This document shows positions 29,242-38,647 of a stretch of 64,000 nt of DNA, in pieces (within the stretch, counting starts at the first letter, position 1; every line of letters starts with the position of its first letter). The notes under the pieces are model-generated. The model searched no databases. It saw only the letters and a program-made list of their open reading frames with translations, and was not told the DNA's origin. Location of the stretch: IMG/VR virus record IMGVR_UViG_3300046559_001153, positions 1-64,000 of that record; one strand, 5' to 3'. A program made the translations under genes and the position numbers.

Positions 29242-29979
29242 ATGCCGACGATCGACCGACCACAACAACGTGGCCCGCTAATGCAGCGAGCCATTCAGCG
29301 TTCGACCAGCGACCCAATCGGGAAGCTGTTGCTCGACCCTGAGGCATTCGCCACGTCCTTGTTGATCGTTCTGGTTGATCACTACGGCCAAGAGGCCTTA
29401 CGCTGGGCCCCTCAAACGATTCGAATGCACCTCGAGGAAGATTTCCAGGTAAGCATTCTTCCGCTGAATTTTGACAAGTTAATGGCTGCCATTACAATCG
29501 TGACGACTGACTTCTATTTTCGAGATCTGTCACGATTCATCATTCTGACGAATGCTCTGTGCGGTGACGGCTTCTCATTTACCGAGTTCGATAAAGCTGA
29601 CGTCCACGAGTGTGCCTGGGGCATTGTCGAGGCCTGGATGTTGAATCCGCCAGACAGCCAGCAGCCGTTTGATACGGCTATCCGGCACTACTTGTCCGTT
29701 CTGCTTCAACACGACGGTTACGTCGTGCCGCCAGGCATGCTGAGAATGGCCATAGACGGCGACCGGACCGCTGGTGTAATGAGGAACTTCGGACACGATC
29801 CGCAGATGCTGGCTACGATCAACGCTGTGCAGTCCGATAAGACCCGTGAGGTCGACGACATGGTGCAGCGCAATCTACAGGAGTTACTGGCTCAGATAAA
29901 GGACCTGCCGTTAAAGACAGGTAATTCCAAAAACATCGCTGAGACGCTTGTCAACGAGCTCAAGAAAATCAGAGCATGA
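29242..29979 (+). CDS. Helical phage hypothetical protein
   Basis: D.YG.EAL.W.P.T, NAL, CAWGI.E motifs; start 29242 or 29281. Confidence 0.65.
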   Translation: MPTIDRPQQRGPLMQRAIQRSTSDPIGKLLLDPEAFATSLLIVLVDHYGQEALRWAPQTIRMHLEEDFQVSILPLNFDKLMAAITIVTTDFYFRDLSRFIILTNALCGDGFSFTEFDKADVHECAWGIVEAWMLNPPDSQQPFDTAIRHYLSVLLQHDGYVVPPGMLRMAIDGDRTAGVMRNFGHDPQMLATINAVQSDKTREVDDMVQRNLQELLAQIKDLPLKTGNSKNIAETLVNELKKIRA

Positions 29980-30143
29980 AAAACTTCGTCCTGTACAATT
30001 TTTCAACCCGTGTGTTAGTTTCACGTCACGTCTATGCCCAACACGACAAGGCTCAATGCGACGCCGACCAGTGGAACGACGTGATAGTGCTGGCTATCGA
30101 AGTCCCCAACGATTGCGTTGAGGACTCCGAAGAAGAAGACTAA
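29976..30143 (+). CDS. 55-aa hypothetical protein (not in ORF track)
   Basis: ATGA overlap; acidic tail. Confidence 0.5.
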   Translation: MKNFVLYNFSTRVLVSRHVYAQHDKAQCDADQWNDVIVLAIEVPNDCVEDSEEED

Positions 30144-30172
30144 TTCGAAACCCCAAACCAGGAGAATCAGGA

Positions 30173-30586
30173 ATGTCCCACATTGTGACCCTCAAGACCC
30201 TCAAGACCCAGATCACCAACATCGACGCGCTCGATACGGCATGCAACAAACTCGATCTCAGGCTGAACCGCGGCCAGAAGTCTTTCAAGTCGTTCGGCAG
30301 CGTCCGTCCGGCCTGCGAACACGCCATCTCCATGGCACAGCCGCAACAGGGTGACTACGAGATCGGCCTCGTCCAGGACGGCGACGCGTTCACGTTGAAG
30401 TACGACTTCTACAATCAGCACAATCGTCTGGAGAAAGCGGTTGGCGCCAACTGTGACCTGCTCACCCAGCGGTACGCGGTTGAAGTCGCCCGCGCCGAAG
30501 CTCAGGCCAAAGGCTTTGAGTGCTTCGAAACGGTCGAGCAGGACGAGTCGATCACGCTTCAGGTCTGCGTTGGCGCCGGTGCTTAA
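30173..30586 (+). CDS. DUF1257 / Ycf35-like protein
   Basis: MSHIVT..TQI....AL..AC, YEIG, D.Y, L.QRYA.E.AR.EA..KG. Confidence 0.75.
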   Translation: MSHIVTLKTLKTQITNIDALDTACNKLDLRLNRGQKSFKSFGSVRPACEHAISMAQPQQGDYEIGLVQDGDAFTLKYDFYNQHNRLEKAVGANCDLLTQRYAVEVARAEAQAKGFECFETVEQDESITLQVCVGAGA

Positions 30587-30888
30587 TGCTCGTCAAACGC
30601 ATTGATGTACAGCAAAAACACATCGATTGCGGGGAACCAGACTCAGCCACGTCATGCCCAGTCGCCTGGGCGGTGGCTGAAGCTTTTGGGTTCGACCCGG
30701 CATCCCTCGACTGCGAAGTGTATGTTGAGGGCAGCGATATCCAAGTAGACACCCCGGGGCTAGCCCGTCGCGGGATAATCTCGCAGCAGGTCTCCGATTT
30801 TGTCAATCGCTTCGATGACCGACTCGACGTTGCGCCATTCTCGTTCGATTTCGAATACGAAGAAAATGTACTGATATCGGACGACTAA
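30586..30888 (+). CDS. Hypothetical protein
   Basis: I.V.Q.HI..G....CPVA.A...FV.RFD..V.PFSF. Confidence 0.65.
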   Translation: MLVKRIDVQQKHIDCGEPDSATSCPVAWAVAEAFGFDPASLDCEVYVEGSDIQVDTPGLARRGIISQQVSDFVNRFDDRLDVAPFSFDFEYEENVLISDD

Positions 30889-30914
30889 TCTCAAATCACT
30901 CGAAAGGAAGTCAA

Positions 30915-31100
30915 ATGCAATTCGTAAACATCAACATCAAGAAGGGCGGAAGTGTCACGATCGACGCTGTCGGCTTTACAGGCACGTCCTGCAAAGCGGC
31001 GACCGCCGCGTTCGAACAGGCCCTGGGGACCATCCAGGTCGACCAGGATAAGCCAGAACTCTTCGAGACCCTCTCCACCGACACGAACGTTTCCAACTAA
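30915..31100 (+). CDS. DUF2997 family protein
   Basis: I...G.V.I...GF.G.SC..AT..FE.ALG......KPE. Confidence 0.8.
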   Translation: MQFVNINIKKGGSVTIDAVGFTGTSCKAATAAFEQALGTIQVDQDKPELFETLSTDTNVSN

Positions 31101-31117
31101 TCCGCGAAAAGGACACT

Positions 31118-32731
31118 ATGGCCGTTTCGAGCACTGAAGAAGTCGTTTCTACAAGTCCCCTGCAACATCAACTGGAGGATTACATCAAGGCCGGGTTCAC
31201 TGGAATCTGGATCAACACGTATGAGCATCTGAACGTTATCGAAGAGATTTGCGATCTGCGAAAGCAATACGGCTGGAATGTGGCCGTATGGGACAGTGAC
31301 CTGGGAATCCGCCTGGCCACCGACAAAGGAGTTATCCCCGTAAAGGAGATCACCTCGGGTGTCCCAGACCAGTTGCGGACGGTCTCCACCCCGGGATCGG
31401 CCGCCACGCTGGCTCGAACCTGGTATGACGAGGAGTTCGATCCAGACGACACAAGCCCTGACCGACGACCGCCTACACCACATGTCGTGGTGTTACGCAA
31501 TTTTCACGGCTATGCCAGCGCCACAGCACAGATACTGCAGAATACTGTCGAAATGTGCCGACGGTTGTGTTCGTTCACGATCATTCTCAGCGCGTTGCAG
31601 AGGATCCCGGCCGAACTTGAAAAGGACTTCGTGGTCATCGCCTACGATCTCCCGAACAAGGATGAGCTGAAGAAAATCGCCGGCAACCTGCTGAAAGACG
31701 ACGAGCAGGAGATGCTGGACGAACCGGAGACTGACAAGGCCGTTGAGGCTGCACGCGGTCTGACCCGCATTGAAGCCGAAAACGCGTTCAGTCTGTCGCT
31801 CGTCCAGACAGGATCAAAACGCCTCGAGTACCGATCGGTCTGGCAGCAGAAAAAACAGATGGTCTCGAAGAGCGGTCTGCTCAACTTTTACGAGGGCCAG
31901 GAACAGCTGACTGATCTGGGCGGTTTGGCGTCGCTCAAGAATTTCTGCCTGAAGGCCCTGCTGCACAAACCGGATGCTGTGGCCAAACCCCGCGGTATCC
32001 TGCTGATCGGACCGGCCGGTACAGGCAAATCGGCAATCGCTAAGGCTCTTGGAAATGCGGTCGGACGTCCGACGATCTCCCTGGACCTCGGATCGCTGAT
32101 GGGCAGTCTGGTTGGACAGACTGAATCCCAGACGCGTCAAGCCCTGCAGATTATCGACGCGTGCAGTCCGGCGATCCTCATGGTCGAAGAAGTCGAGAAG
32201 GCCCTGGCTGGCACCCGCTCGTCGGGACAAACGGACGGCGGCATTATGGCTCGCATGTTCGGCATGCTGCTCGCGTGGCTTAACGACCACGAGTCAGACG
32301 TCTTCTGCGTGATGACCTGTAACGGGGCTGAAAGCCTGCCGCCAGAGTTCACACGCGCTGAACGTTTTGATGCGACCTTCTTCCTGGATCTGCCCACGAA
32401 GAAGGAGAAAGCGGCCATCTGGCCGATGTACATCAAGCACTTCCGACTGACCGACAAACAAACAGCACAAATGCCAATGGACGAAGACTGGACTGGAGCC
32501 GAGATCCGCTCGTGCTGTCGTTTGTCTTCGCTATTGGACATTTCGCTGGTCGAGTCGGCCAACAATGTGCGGCCGGTTGCCGTGACTGCCAAGGAGTCGC
32601 TGGACTCGCTGAGAACGTGGGCATCGGCCCGTTGCCTGAGTGCCTCTTATCCCGGTCCGTACGCCAAAGACAAGAAGTCACCGTCATCGGGGACTGGCGG
32701 ACGCCAGATCCTGAAGAGCGAGAATAACTAG
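31118..32731 (+). CDS. Ycf46-like AAA+ ATPase
   Basis: Degenerate N-terminal AAA (IP.ELEK, GLT..EAE); Walker A GPAGTGKS, Walker B variant MVEEVEKAL, LPPEF.R.ERFD, WTGAEI. Confidence 0.85.
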   Translation: MAVSSTEEVVSTSPLQHQLEDYIKAGFTGIWINTYEHLNVIEEICDLRKQYGWNVAVWDSDLGIRLATDKGVIPVKEITSGVPDQLRTVSTPGSAATLARTWYDEEFDPDDTSPDRRPPTPHVVVLRNFHGYASATAQILQNTVEMCRRLCSFTIILSALQRIPAELEKDFVVIAYDLPNKDELKKIAGNLLKDDEQEMLDEPETDKAVEAARGLTRIEAENAFSLSLVQTGSKRLEYRSVWQQKKQMVSKSGLLNFYEGQEQLTDLGGLASLKNFCLKALLHKPDAVAKPRGILLIGPAGTGKSAIAKALGNAVGRPTISLDLGSLMGSLVGQTESQTRQALQIIDACSPAILMVEEVEKALAGTRSSGQTDGGIMARMFGMLLAWLNDHESDVFCVMTCNGAESLPPEFTRAERFDATFFLDLPTKKEKAAIWPMYIKHFRLTDKQTAQMPMDEDWTGAEIRSCCRLSSLLDISLVESANNVRPVAVTAKESLDSLRTWASARCLSASYPGPYAKDKKSPSSGTGGRQILKSENN

Positions 32732-32790
32732 CCCATTTTGGGGAAGTATATATACTCCCCAAAACGAGGGTAAAAACTACGGTCCTGTTC

Positions 32791-32830
32791 GAGCCCCGCT
32801 GGTCATGATGGCCGGCGGGGTTTTATTTTT
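32791..32830 (+). terminator. Intrinsic terminator
   Basis: CCCCGCTGGTCA/TGGCCGGCGGGG stem then TTTTATTTTT. Confidence 0.75.
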
Positions 32831-32839
32831 GGAGCTTTC

Positions 32840-33184
32840 ATGCAAGCAAGTCGAGAATTGCAGAGTCTTCAGCGGAGTCTGGATAACGGGACAATTCCGC
32901 CCAATGAGCCTATGTTCTGTCTCAGGGCCAGCGACCGCTTTGCCGCGGCCTTGGTCCGCTTGTGGGTAGGTATGGCGATCGCGGCGGAGACTCCGATCTG
33001 GATGACAGACAACGCACTGGCCCTGGCTGATGAAATGGAGAGATGGCCGATCAGGCGAACACCCGGACGTCCGGACACACAAATTGATAATTCACCCGCA
33101 TTCACAGGAGAAGAGAATGTTAGCCAATCTGGAGCATCAACGAATCGCAGGCAAGCTCGCCGACGGCGATCTGCCACCCGGTGA
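32840..33184 (+). CDS. EP.F.LRA.DRFAA-domain protein, paralog A
   Basis: GGAG SD; shares about 60-aa domain with next gene. Confidence 0.65.
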   Translation: MQASRELQSLQRSLDNGTIPPNEPMFCLRASDRFAAALVRLWVGMAIAAETPIWMTDNALALADEMERWPIRRTPGRPDTQIDNSPAFTGEENVSQSGASTNRRQARRRRSATR

Positions 33185-33590
33185 GCCGTTGTTCACGCTG
33201 CGAGCCAGAGATAGATTCGCGGCACAAGTTGTTCGACACTGGTGTGATCTGGCTGAAGCCGGTGGATCCCCGCATGAAAAGATCGACGAGGCGAGACTTC
33301 TGGCCAACGACATGGATCGATGGCCAATCAAGCAGATCCCCGGCAGACACGATACACGTCGAGATGACGGCATGGCCGCCCGCGAGAGGGCCTTCCGTGA
33401 CCAGCTTGCGACGAATCGCGAAGAGACCATCCGCGAGCTCATGGCCATCAAGGTCGACGAATGGCTTGAATCAGAGGGCACGTCAGAAGTGGCGCGTGTC
33501 CTATCCAACTGGCTCATCGACGGACTGGATTTCCGAAACGACGACACGATCGTCGAAATGGCCCACGGCCGCTTGTGGGGCATCGAATGA
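33117..33590 (+). CDS. EP.F.LRA.DRFAA-domain protein, paralog B
   Basis: AGGAG SD before ATG 33117. Confidence 0.65.
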   Translation: MLANLEHQRIAGKLADGDLPPGEPLFTLRARDRFAAQVVRHWCDLAEAGGSPHEKIDEARLLANDMDRWPIKQIPGRHDTRRDDGMAARERAFRDQLATNREETIRELMAIKVDEWLESEGTSEVARVLSNWLIDGLDFRNDDTIVEMAHGRLWGIE

Positions 33591-34051
33591 AAATTTCTCG
33601 TGGCGCCGCACTTGATCGCTATTACTTGCTCAAGCTGTTTGGCTTCGGAATTTTTCTTCACCGAATTCATCACTCGGATCCTGGGGCTGTATACCTTGTG
33701 CCTCGATCGGGTGATGTAGCTCTGTATCACAGCCACCCGTGGAGTGGTTTGAGTCTCATTCTCGGCAGTTACGTGGAAATCCGGTACGGAGAGAATCCTA
33801 AACGACGTTGGTTATGGAACTGGATAAACGCCAAAGTGCATCATCGTGTTCTCATAGCTAAACCAGTTTGGACTCTGTTCATCCACCTGCCAAAGTCGAA
33901 TCGCTGGTCAGTCATTAACGAAAACGGCTGCGTGTTATCAGAGGAACCCTGGAAAGGTGATAAAGGGTTCAAAGATTATTCTGCATCAACCAATCTGTCT
34001 CACTCTCAAGAAGGAAACCATGCCTGCAACCATGTCCCCTCCCAAAAATAA
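33587..34051 (+). CDS. Cupin-like protein
   Basis: LH.I..SD, H.HPW, G.Y.E, HRV, WTLF. Confidence 0.65.
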   Translation: MKISRGAALDRYYLLKLFGFGIFLHRIHHSDPGAVYLVPRSGDVALYHSHPWSGLSLILGSYVEIRYGENPKRRWLWNWINAKVHHRVLIAKPVWTLFIHLPKSNRWSVINENGCVLSEEPWKGDKGFKDYSASTNLSHSQEGNHACNHVPSQK

Positions 34052-35078
34052 GCGAGCGACGAAAACCGAAGAACTTCCCAATCAGCTGCACTTGCCTCTG
34101 GACGGCAAAGCCGATCTTTCCCCGGCCACCCAAATCCGAAGCGTATCGAGAGCCTTCCGCATCACGTTCAACGACATCGGCGGTAAGCGTCAACTTGACG
34201 ACAGTCAGAAGCTGCAGGTGTCGTCTGGATTTGACGCGAACATGGATCGCCTCGACTTGAGCAAGAAGCTCGTCAACGCCAAACACCCGGCCATCAAAAA
34301 GAAGAACGCAGCCAAATCGGAAATCCTGGCCTGCTTCAAATCAAGAACGCTACCCTACCCGGAAGCGGGCATCCGTCTGCTGCCGATACGATCTAAGGCG
34401 AGCGAAGAACAGTTGGCCGAGGTCGACTCGTTCACGACGCGTATCCGCGAACTGATCGAGAACTACTATTCAGCTGTGGCCGATCTACAGAATGAGTGGA
34501 CCAGCGTGGTCAACCAGGCCCGCAACGAACTGGGGACCCTGTTCAACGCGAACGACTACCCGACCAACGTGGTGGACCTGTTGACCTGCCACTTCGAACC
34601 GGTCAACGTTGAGTTGCCTGATTATTACAAGCATGTGTCGCCGGCAGAGTACAAGGCGGCCTGTGATCAGCTCAATCGCAAGTTCGAGGAAGCGGCTGAG
34701 ATGCAACGCGAGTTCGTTGCCAAGATGCTCAGCAACTCGGTCGAGCAGTTGGTCAAGTCGGTTACCGGTTTCCGAAAGGGCGAACAACGCTCGTTCCAGA
34801 ATTCGGTGGTAACCAACCTATTTGCCGCGTTCGACGAGTTCCGCGAGAAGACCAAGGTGTACGGAATTGGGGGTCGTGAGCTCGAGGATACAGTCGAACG
34901 GATTCGTGCTCTGCTGACCACCGACTCACGATCAAACAAGCTGCGTGCAGTTGACGTGCCGGATGAACTGCGTCGCGACGAGCAGTTCAGCAACCGGGTA
35001 ACGTCCGGCCTGCAAGAGCTGACCTCGCACCTGGCAACGCAGACCAGATCCCGCAGAACCCGTTTCCTCATGCGCTGA
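34020..35078 (+). CDS. DUF3150-like protein
   Basis: SKKL...HP, TLPYPE.GIRL, LG.LFN..DYP, F..S.V.NL..F..F. Confidence 0.6.
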   Translation: MPATMSPPKNKRATKTEELPNQLHLPLDGKADLSPATQIRSVSRAFRITFNDIGGKRQLDDSQKLQVSSGFDANMDRLDLSKKLVNAKHPAIKKKNAAKSEILACFKSRTLPYPEAGIRLLPIRSKASEEQLAEVDSFTTRIRELIENYYSAVADLQNEWTSVVNQARNELGTLFNANDYPTNVVDLLTCHFEPVNVELPDYYKHVSPAEYKAACDQLNRKFEEAAEMQREFVAKMLSNSVEQLVKSVTGFRKGEQRSFQNSVVTNLFAAFDEFREKTKVYGIGGRELEDTVERIRALLTTDSRSNKLRAVDVPDELRRDEQFSNRVTSGLQELTSHLATQTRSRRTRFLMR

Positions 35079-35088
35079 AAGGCTGTCG

Positions 35089-35454
35089 ATGATGAAAACA
35101 AAAGGTGATCGTTTCATCGACGAGTTCTGGAGAGATTTCAGCGACTTGTCGAGATTCAAGATCTGCGAAGACCGTTGTGAGCCACTGAGAATCGTCTCTA
35201 TCGGTCTCGATACGGATATCGAGACGGGTGTCGTTCGACCGGCTATTACAGTTGAGCCGGCCGACGCCACCCCAGCCGACGTGGAAGGCAAACGGGTGAC
35301 TCTGCATGAGAACGTGCCAGTATACGATCCTGATTTTCATACGGCCGGAGAGCTGATCGAGATGTTGGTCGACACGCTCAAGTTGCCCGAGCCGGTCATT
35401 CGTGAACGGCTCAAGAAGGCCGGATTACTGGAGGACAGTCTTGACCAAACATGA
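35089..35454 (+). CDS. Hypothetical protein
   Basis: ORF in coupled run. Confidence 0.6.
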   Translation: MMKTKGDRFIDEFWRDFSDLSRFKICEDRCEPLRIVSIGLDTDIETGVVRPAITVEPADATPADVEGKRVTLHENVPVYDPDFHTAGELIEMLVDTLKLPEPVIRERLKKAGLLEDSLDQT

Positions 35455-35767
35455 GCTGCAGACGGTTTACGCAGTTTTTGGCACAACCTACGAAGAATAC
35501 GACGGCATCATGGTCAACGAATTTGACTACCTGGCCAGCGATTTGTATGCGGTGCAGGATGACGCGTTAGCTGAATTGGATCGCTTGCTGGAGCAGTTCT
35601 TCGCCGCTGAAGATCCGGTGAAATACGCAGACCCGGACATCATCGGTGATTGTTTCGGCGATTGGACGTGGGAAAAGCTGCGTATGTGTCCTGAATGGCA
35701 GGAGCCCTACGAGCTGAGGAAACTTACACTTCATCTGGAGAAAGTACAGTGCCCGGAGACAAAGTGA
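35441..35767 (+). CDS. Acidic hypothetical protein
   Basis: GGAGG SD before TTG 35441. Confidence 0.55.
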   Translation: MTKHELQTVYAVFGTTYEEYDGIMVNEFDYLASDLYAVQDDALAELDRLLEQFFAAEDPVKYADPDIIGDCFGDWTWEKLRMCPEWQEPYELRKLTLHLEKVQCPETK

Positions 35768-36033
35768 TCGTACTCAACATCGCTAAGGGTGGTGCTGGGA
35801 AAATGCTCTATGACGAGGATCTCGATCTGGCCGCGGCAGGTCAAATCGAGATCAGTCGAGCTTCTCACGTAGAACCGACCGCCGACGGACAGTGGTCTGT
35901 GGACTTCTTGCCAATTGGCGTCAACCTGCAATTAGGCCCGTTCAAGCTGCGGTCAGAGGCCCTGGCAGCTGAACACAAGTGGCTGGATGACAATTACATC
36001 CGACCGTGGAAAGGTGATCGTGCTGAAACTTGA
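35764..36033 (+). CDS. Small RASHVEP-motif protein
   Basis: LY.E.LDL...G...I.RASHVEP...G.W..D.....LGPF..RSEAL.AE..WL. Confidence 0.65.
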   Translation: MIVLNIAKGGAGKMLYDEDLDLAAAGQIEISRASHVEPTADGQWSVDFLPIGVNLQLGPFKLRSEALAAEHKWLDDNYIRPWKGDRAET

Positions 36034-36334
36034 CCTATGCGATGGAAACATCGTTGTTGACACGGCTGATGGCAGTGGCTCAATCGGAAGCGATCTACCG
36101 GAAGCGTGCCCGGCCTGCGGGCACATGGCCTGCGAGTTTTACAGCTGTCCTGAGTCTCGAGCATCGCAGCCTCTTGACGCGGTCATTAGTCGACTTCAGT
36201 ACAACGCCGGTTGTGACGGAATCGAATCTCTCATTCTGGCTCTGGCTTGTGCCGGGTTTAACGTGGTTCATCCGGATTTCCAAACCGCTGTGCAGACAGC
36301 CCTTGATTCTGTCGCCAACCGTTTCGGAGACTGA
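36014..36334 (+). CDS. Hypothetical Zn-finger-like protein
   Basis: CPACG..C...C; YN...DGIESLILALA.AG. Confidence 0.6.
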   Translation: MIVLKLDLCDGNIVVDTADGSGSIGSDLPEACPACGHMACEFYSCPESRASQPLDAVISRLQYNAGCDGIESLILALACAGFNVVHPDFQTAVQTALDSVANRFGD

Positions 36335-36336
36335 AA

Positions 36337-37227
36337 ATGGGACTGACCATTCATTGGGATTTGGAATTCGAAGGAGACAGACAAGAAGCCGTATGGATGA
36401 TGACCACGCTCGAGAATCGAGTTCGTGCTTTGCCGGTATTCCCGGCCCATCATGACTATGTCAACTTACGTTGCGGGCCGCCGGTGACTCGTGGTGGTGG
36501 ATTCGTAGATGGCGCCGTCACGGTGTATTACACCAGCCATTTTGGCGAATCTAAAAGCGAGTGGGTCAATCCCAAGTGGCACTGCGGCTTTCACGTTTTG
36601 CCTGGCGCGGGATGTGAGTCTCTTAATTTCGATCTCTACGAGTATCCAAAAACGGTTCGTGTGGCCACGTACTCGAATCACAAGCAATACCAGGTTGTGA
36701 AAGTCGGGCAGTCCGCCTTCAGCAGCTCCGGGTTTTGCAAGACTGTGTACGCTGGTAGTCCTGCGTCGGGTGGTAGCCCGGAGAACTTCTTGAAATGCCA
36801 TCTGCTTGTCTGCCGCGCGTTGGAGATAGCTTGCGAGCTGGGCTTCAAAGTTGACGTAAACGATGAGAGCGGATATTACGAGAACGAAAATCTGGATCTG
36901 CTCTTGCCGCAAGGCACGTCACTGCGGCGGGTCAGCGAATTGCCGGATGGCTGGTACCAGCGGCTCGATCCGGTCTTACGCCCAAACTATAAATTCGAAA
37001 AGCCCGAGGGCCCTGTTCGTCGTTTGACGAGGGCTGAGCGAGCCAACTACAGCGGCAACGACTACATCGGTTTTGAACCGTACAGCCCGGAAAAGTTCCC
37101 GGTCACAGGCCGCTTCTGGACTCGATCAGAACTCGATCTAGCTGACTACGACGTCACCCATTTAATCGATGCGTCTCCCGGTAGAAGAGCGCCTCGGATT
37201 TTGTTGCACAACTTTTCAAAAAGGTAA
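36337..37227 (+). CDS. Hypothetical protein
   Basis: MGLTIH, PG.GCE, FCKT.YA, F.KCH, V.DE.GY; ends NFSKR. Confidence 0.7.
   Translation: MGLTIHWDLEFEGDRQEAVWMMTTLENRVRALPVFPAHHDYVNLRCGPPVTRGGGFVDGAVTVYYTSHFGESKSEWVNPKWHCGFHVLPGAGCESLNFDLYEYPKTVRVATYSNHKQYQVVKVGQSAFSSSGFCKTVYAGSPASGGSPENFLKCHLLVCRALEIACELGFKVDVNDESGYYENENLDLLLPQGTSLRRVSELPDGWYQRLDPVLRPNYKFEKPEGPVRRLTRAERANYSGNDYIGFEPYSPEKFPVTGRFWTRSELDLADYDVTHLIDASPGRRAPRILLHNFSKR
37209..37227. promoter_or_regulatory. Palindrome copy 4 (CAACTTTTCAAAAAGGTAA)
   Basis: Encodes NFSKR-stop. Confidence 0.55.
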
Positions 37228-37248
37228 CTACATGAAGCAGGAAGTTCG

Positions 37249-38085
37249 TTGAGCAGTCTGCCGATCCTTAACCTGATCAGCAACCAAAACTCTAAGCTGG
37301 GCCCCAACGTCTGGGGTTTCAGCTTGCCGGCCGTTACGACTTGTCCAGGCAGCACAGCCCTCTGTAGGAGCCTGTGCTACGCCACACGGGGGCATTTCTC
37401 CTGGCCGGCAATGAAGAAAAAATTCCGTCGACAACTGGCGCTTGTGCGCAAGGGTCGATGGACGCAACTGCTTGAACACCAGTTGCGAGAAAATGGTGTG
37501 CGTACACTCCGCGTTCACGTGAGTGGCGATTTCTTTGACGCACCCTACATTCGTGAGTGGACCAAACTTGTCCGCCGAAACAGGCGTATTCAGTTCTTCG
37601 CGTACACGCGATCACACCGAGTCGCCAAGCTCCTGCCACTGCTTCTGCAGCTTGGCCGAGAGCCCAACTTTGTCCTGCACTTCTCGTATGACAAGGAAAC
37701 CGGTAGTCCCAAAATGTACCGCGGAATTCATTCCGCCTACATGATGATCGACGACCATGATTTGCCCGGCGCCCAGACAGACATTGTCTTCAGGGTAAGG
37801 CCGAAAACTGTAATGAAGCACACAACGGATGGATTGCTTGTTTGTCCCGTCGAGAACGGCGTGACGAACACGGCAGAGAAAAAGGGTTTGAGCTGCAGTA
37901 CATGTCAGATCTGCTTCTCTGCTCCGAAACTTCAAAAGCTGAAAAGGAAATTCTGCTATGTCAGTCGATCCCACAGAAGCCCCGAGACGCGAGCTTGTAG
38001 CCGAGCTAAACCAAGGCCCAGGCGACCGGTCCGCAGTCGAAGGCCAACACGGACAGTGTTGGAACACGCGGGAGCTGCAGACTGA
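37249..38085 (+). CDS. Gp88-like phage protein (degenerate radical-SAM-like, Cys-rich)
   Basis: N.KLG..FSLPA..TCPG....C...CYA, R.H.SGDF, F.AYTR, C..C..C. Confidence 0.75.
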   Translation: MSSLPILNLISNQNSKLGPNVWGFSLPAVTTCPGSTALCRSLCYATRGHFSWPAMKKKFRRQLALVRKGRWTQLLEHQLRENGVRTLRVHVSGDFFDAPYIREWTKLVRRNRRIQFFAYTRSHRVAKLLPLLLQLGREPNFVLHFSYDKETGSPKMYRGIHSAYMMIDDHDLPGAQTDIVFRVRPKTVMKHTTDGLLVCPVENGVTNTAEKKGLSCSTCQICFSAPKLQKLKRKFCYVSRSHRSPETRACSRAKPRPRRPVRSRRPTRTVLEHAGAAD

Positions 38086-38212
38086 CTTCGCGGTTTTGAC
38101 TTATCTGGCCCCGTTTGTCCACGTACGACGCCGGACGGACGGGGTAAAAGGCACGATGATGTTTACCTGCCATCCAAGGCTCTATTTCCAGTTTGAGCCA
38201 GATGACACGTAG
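37958..38212 (+). CDS. Small hypothetical protein
   Basis: G..W.T.EL..DF....APFV.VRR..DG.KG...F...PR.YF. Confidence 0.65.
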   Translation: MSVDPTEAPRRELVAELNQGPGDRSAVEGQHGQCWNTRELQTDFAVLTYLAPFVHVRRRTDGVKGTMMFTCHPRLYFQFEPDDT

Positions 38213-38338
38213 AGCAACCGCAGGCTTCCAGGCTGCCCCGGTGGCAGCCTGGTGGCCCGTTGCGGGTCTTATCGGGCGTTCGGACGGTCCGACGCGTCGT
38301 GGGGCATCCTAGAGCGTTGTTAAGATAGGGGGTTTGAG

Positions 38339-38626
38339 ATGGATATACCAGATCTGAAACTGAAGGCGTATGACCTGAAAGAGATGGAACCCGGATACAT
38401 TCACGGGCGTATCGATATCGGGCACACGTCACTGCACCTTGAGATGGTTCAGGTCATGGACGACGAAACCGAAGACGGTCCGGCTCAAGTGACCTGCGGT
38501 AGCGACGTGAATAACGACAGGTACGAAAGCCTGATGCACGTTCATTCCGGTGACGGCAAGGGCTACGAGACGATCTCGTGGGACGGCCGAGACTGGGTGA
38601 TCTACATTTTTCCGTTTGCGAGGTAG
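38339..38626 (+). CDS. Hypothetical protein
   Basis: 95 aa acidic ORF. Confidence 0.6.
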   Translation: MDIPDLKLKAYDLKEMEPGYIHGRIDIGHTSLHLEMVQVMDDETEDGPAQVTCGSDVNNDRYESLMHVHSGDGKGYETISWDGRDWVIYIFPFAR

Positions 38627-38629
38627 CCG

Positions 38630-38647
38630 TAACTTTTCAAAAAGTTA
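38630..38647. promoter_or_regulatory. Palindrome copy 5 (TAACTTTTCAAAAAGTTA)
   Basis: Between convergent stops; identical to 63084-63101. Confidence 0.6.
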
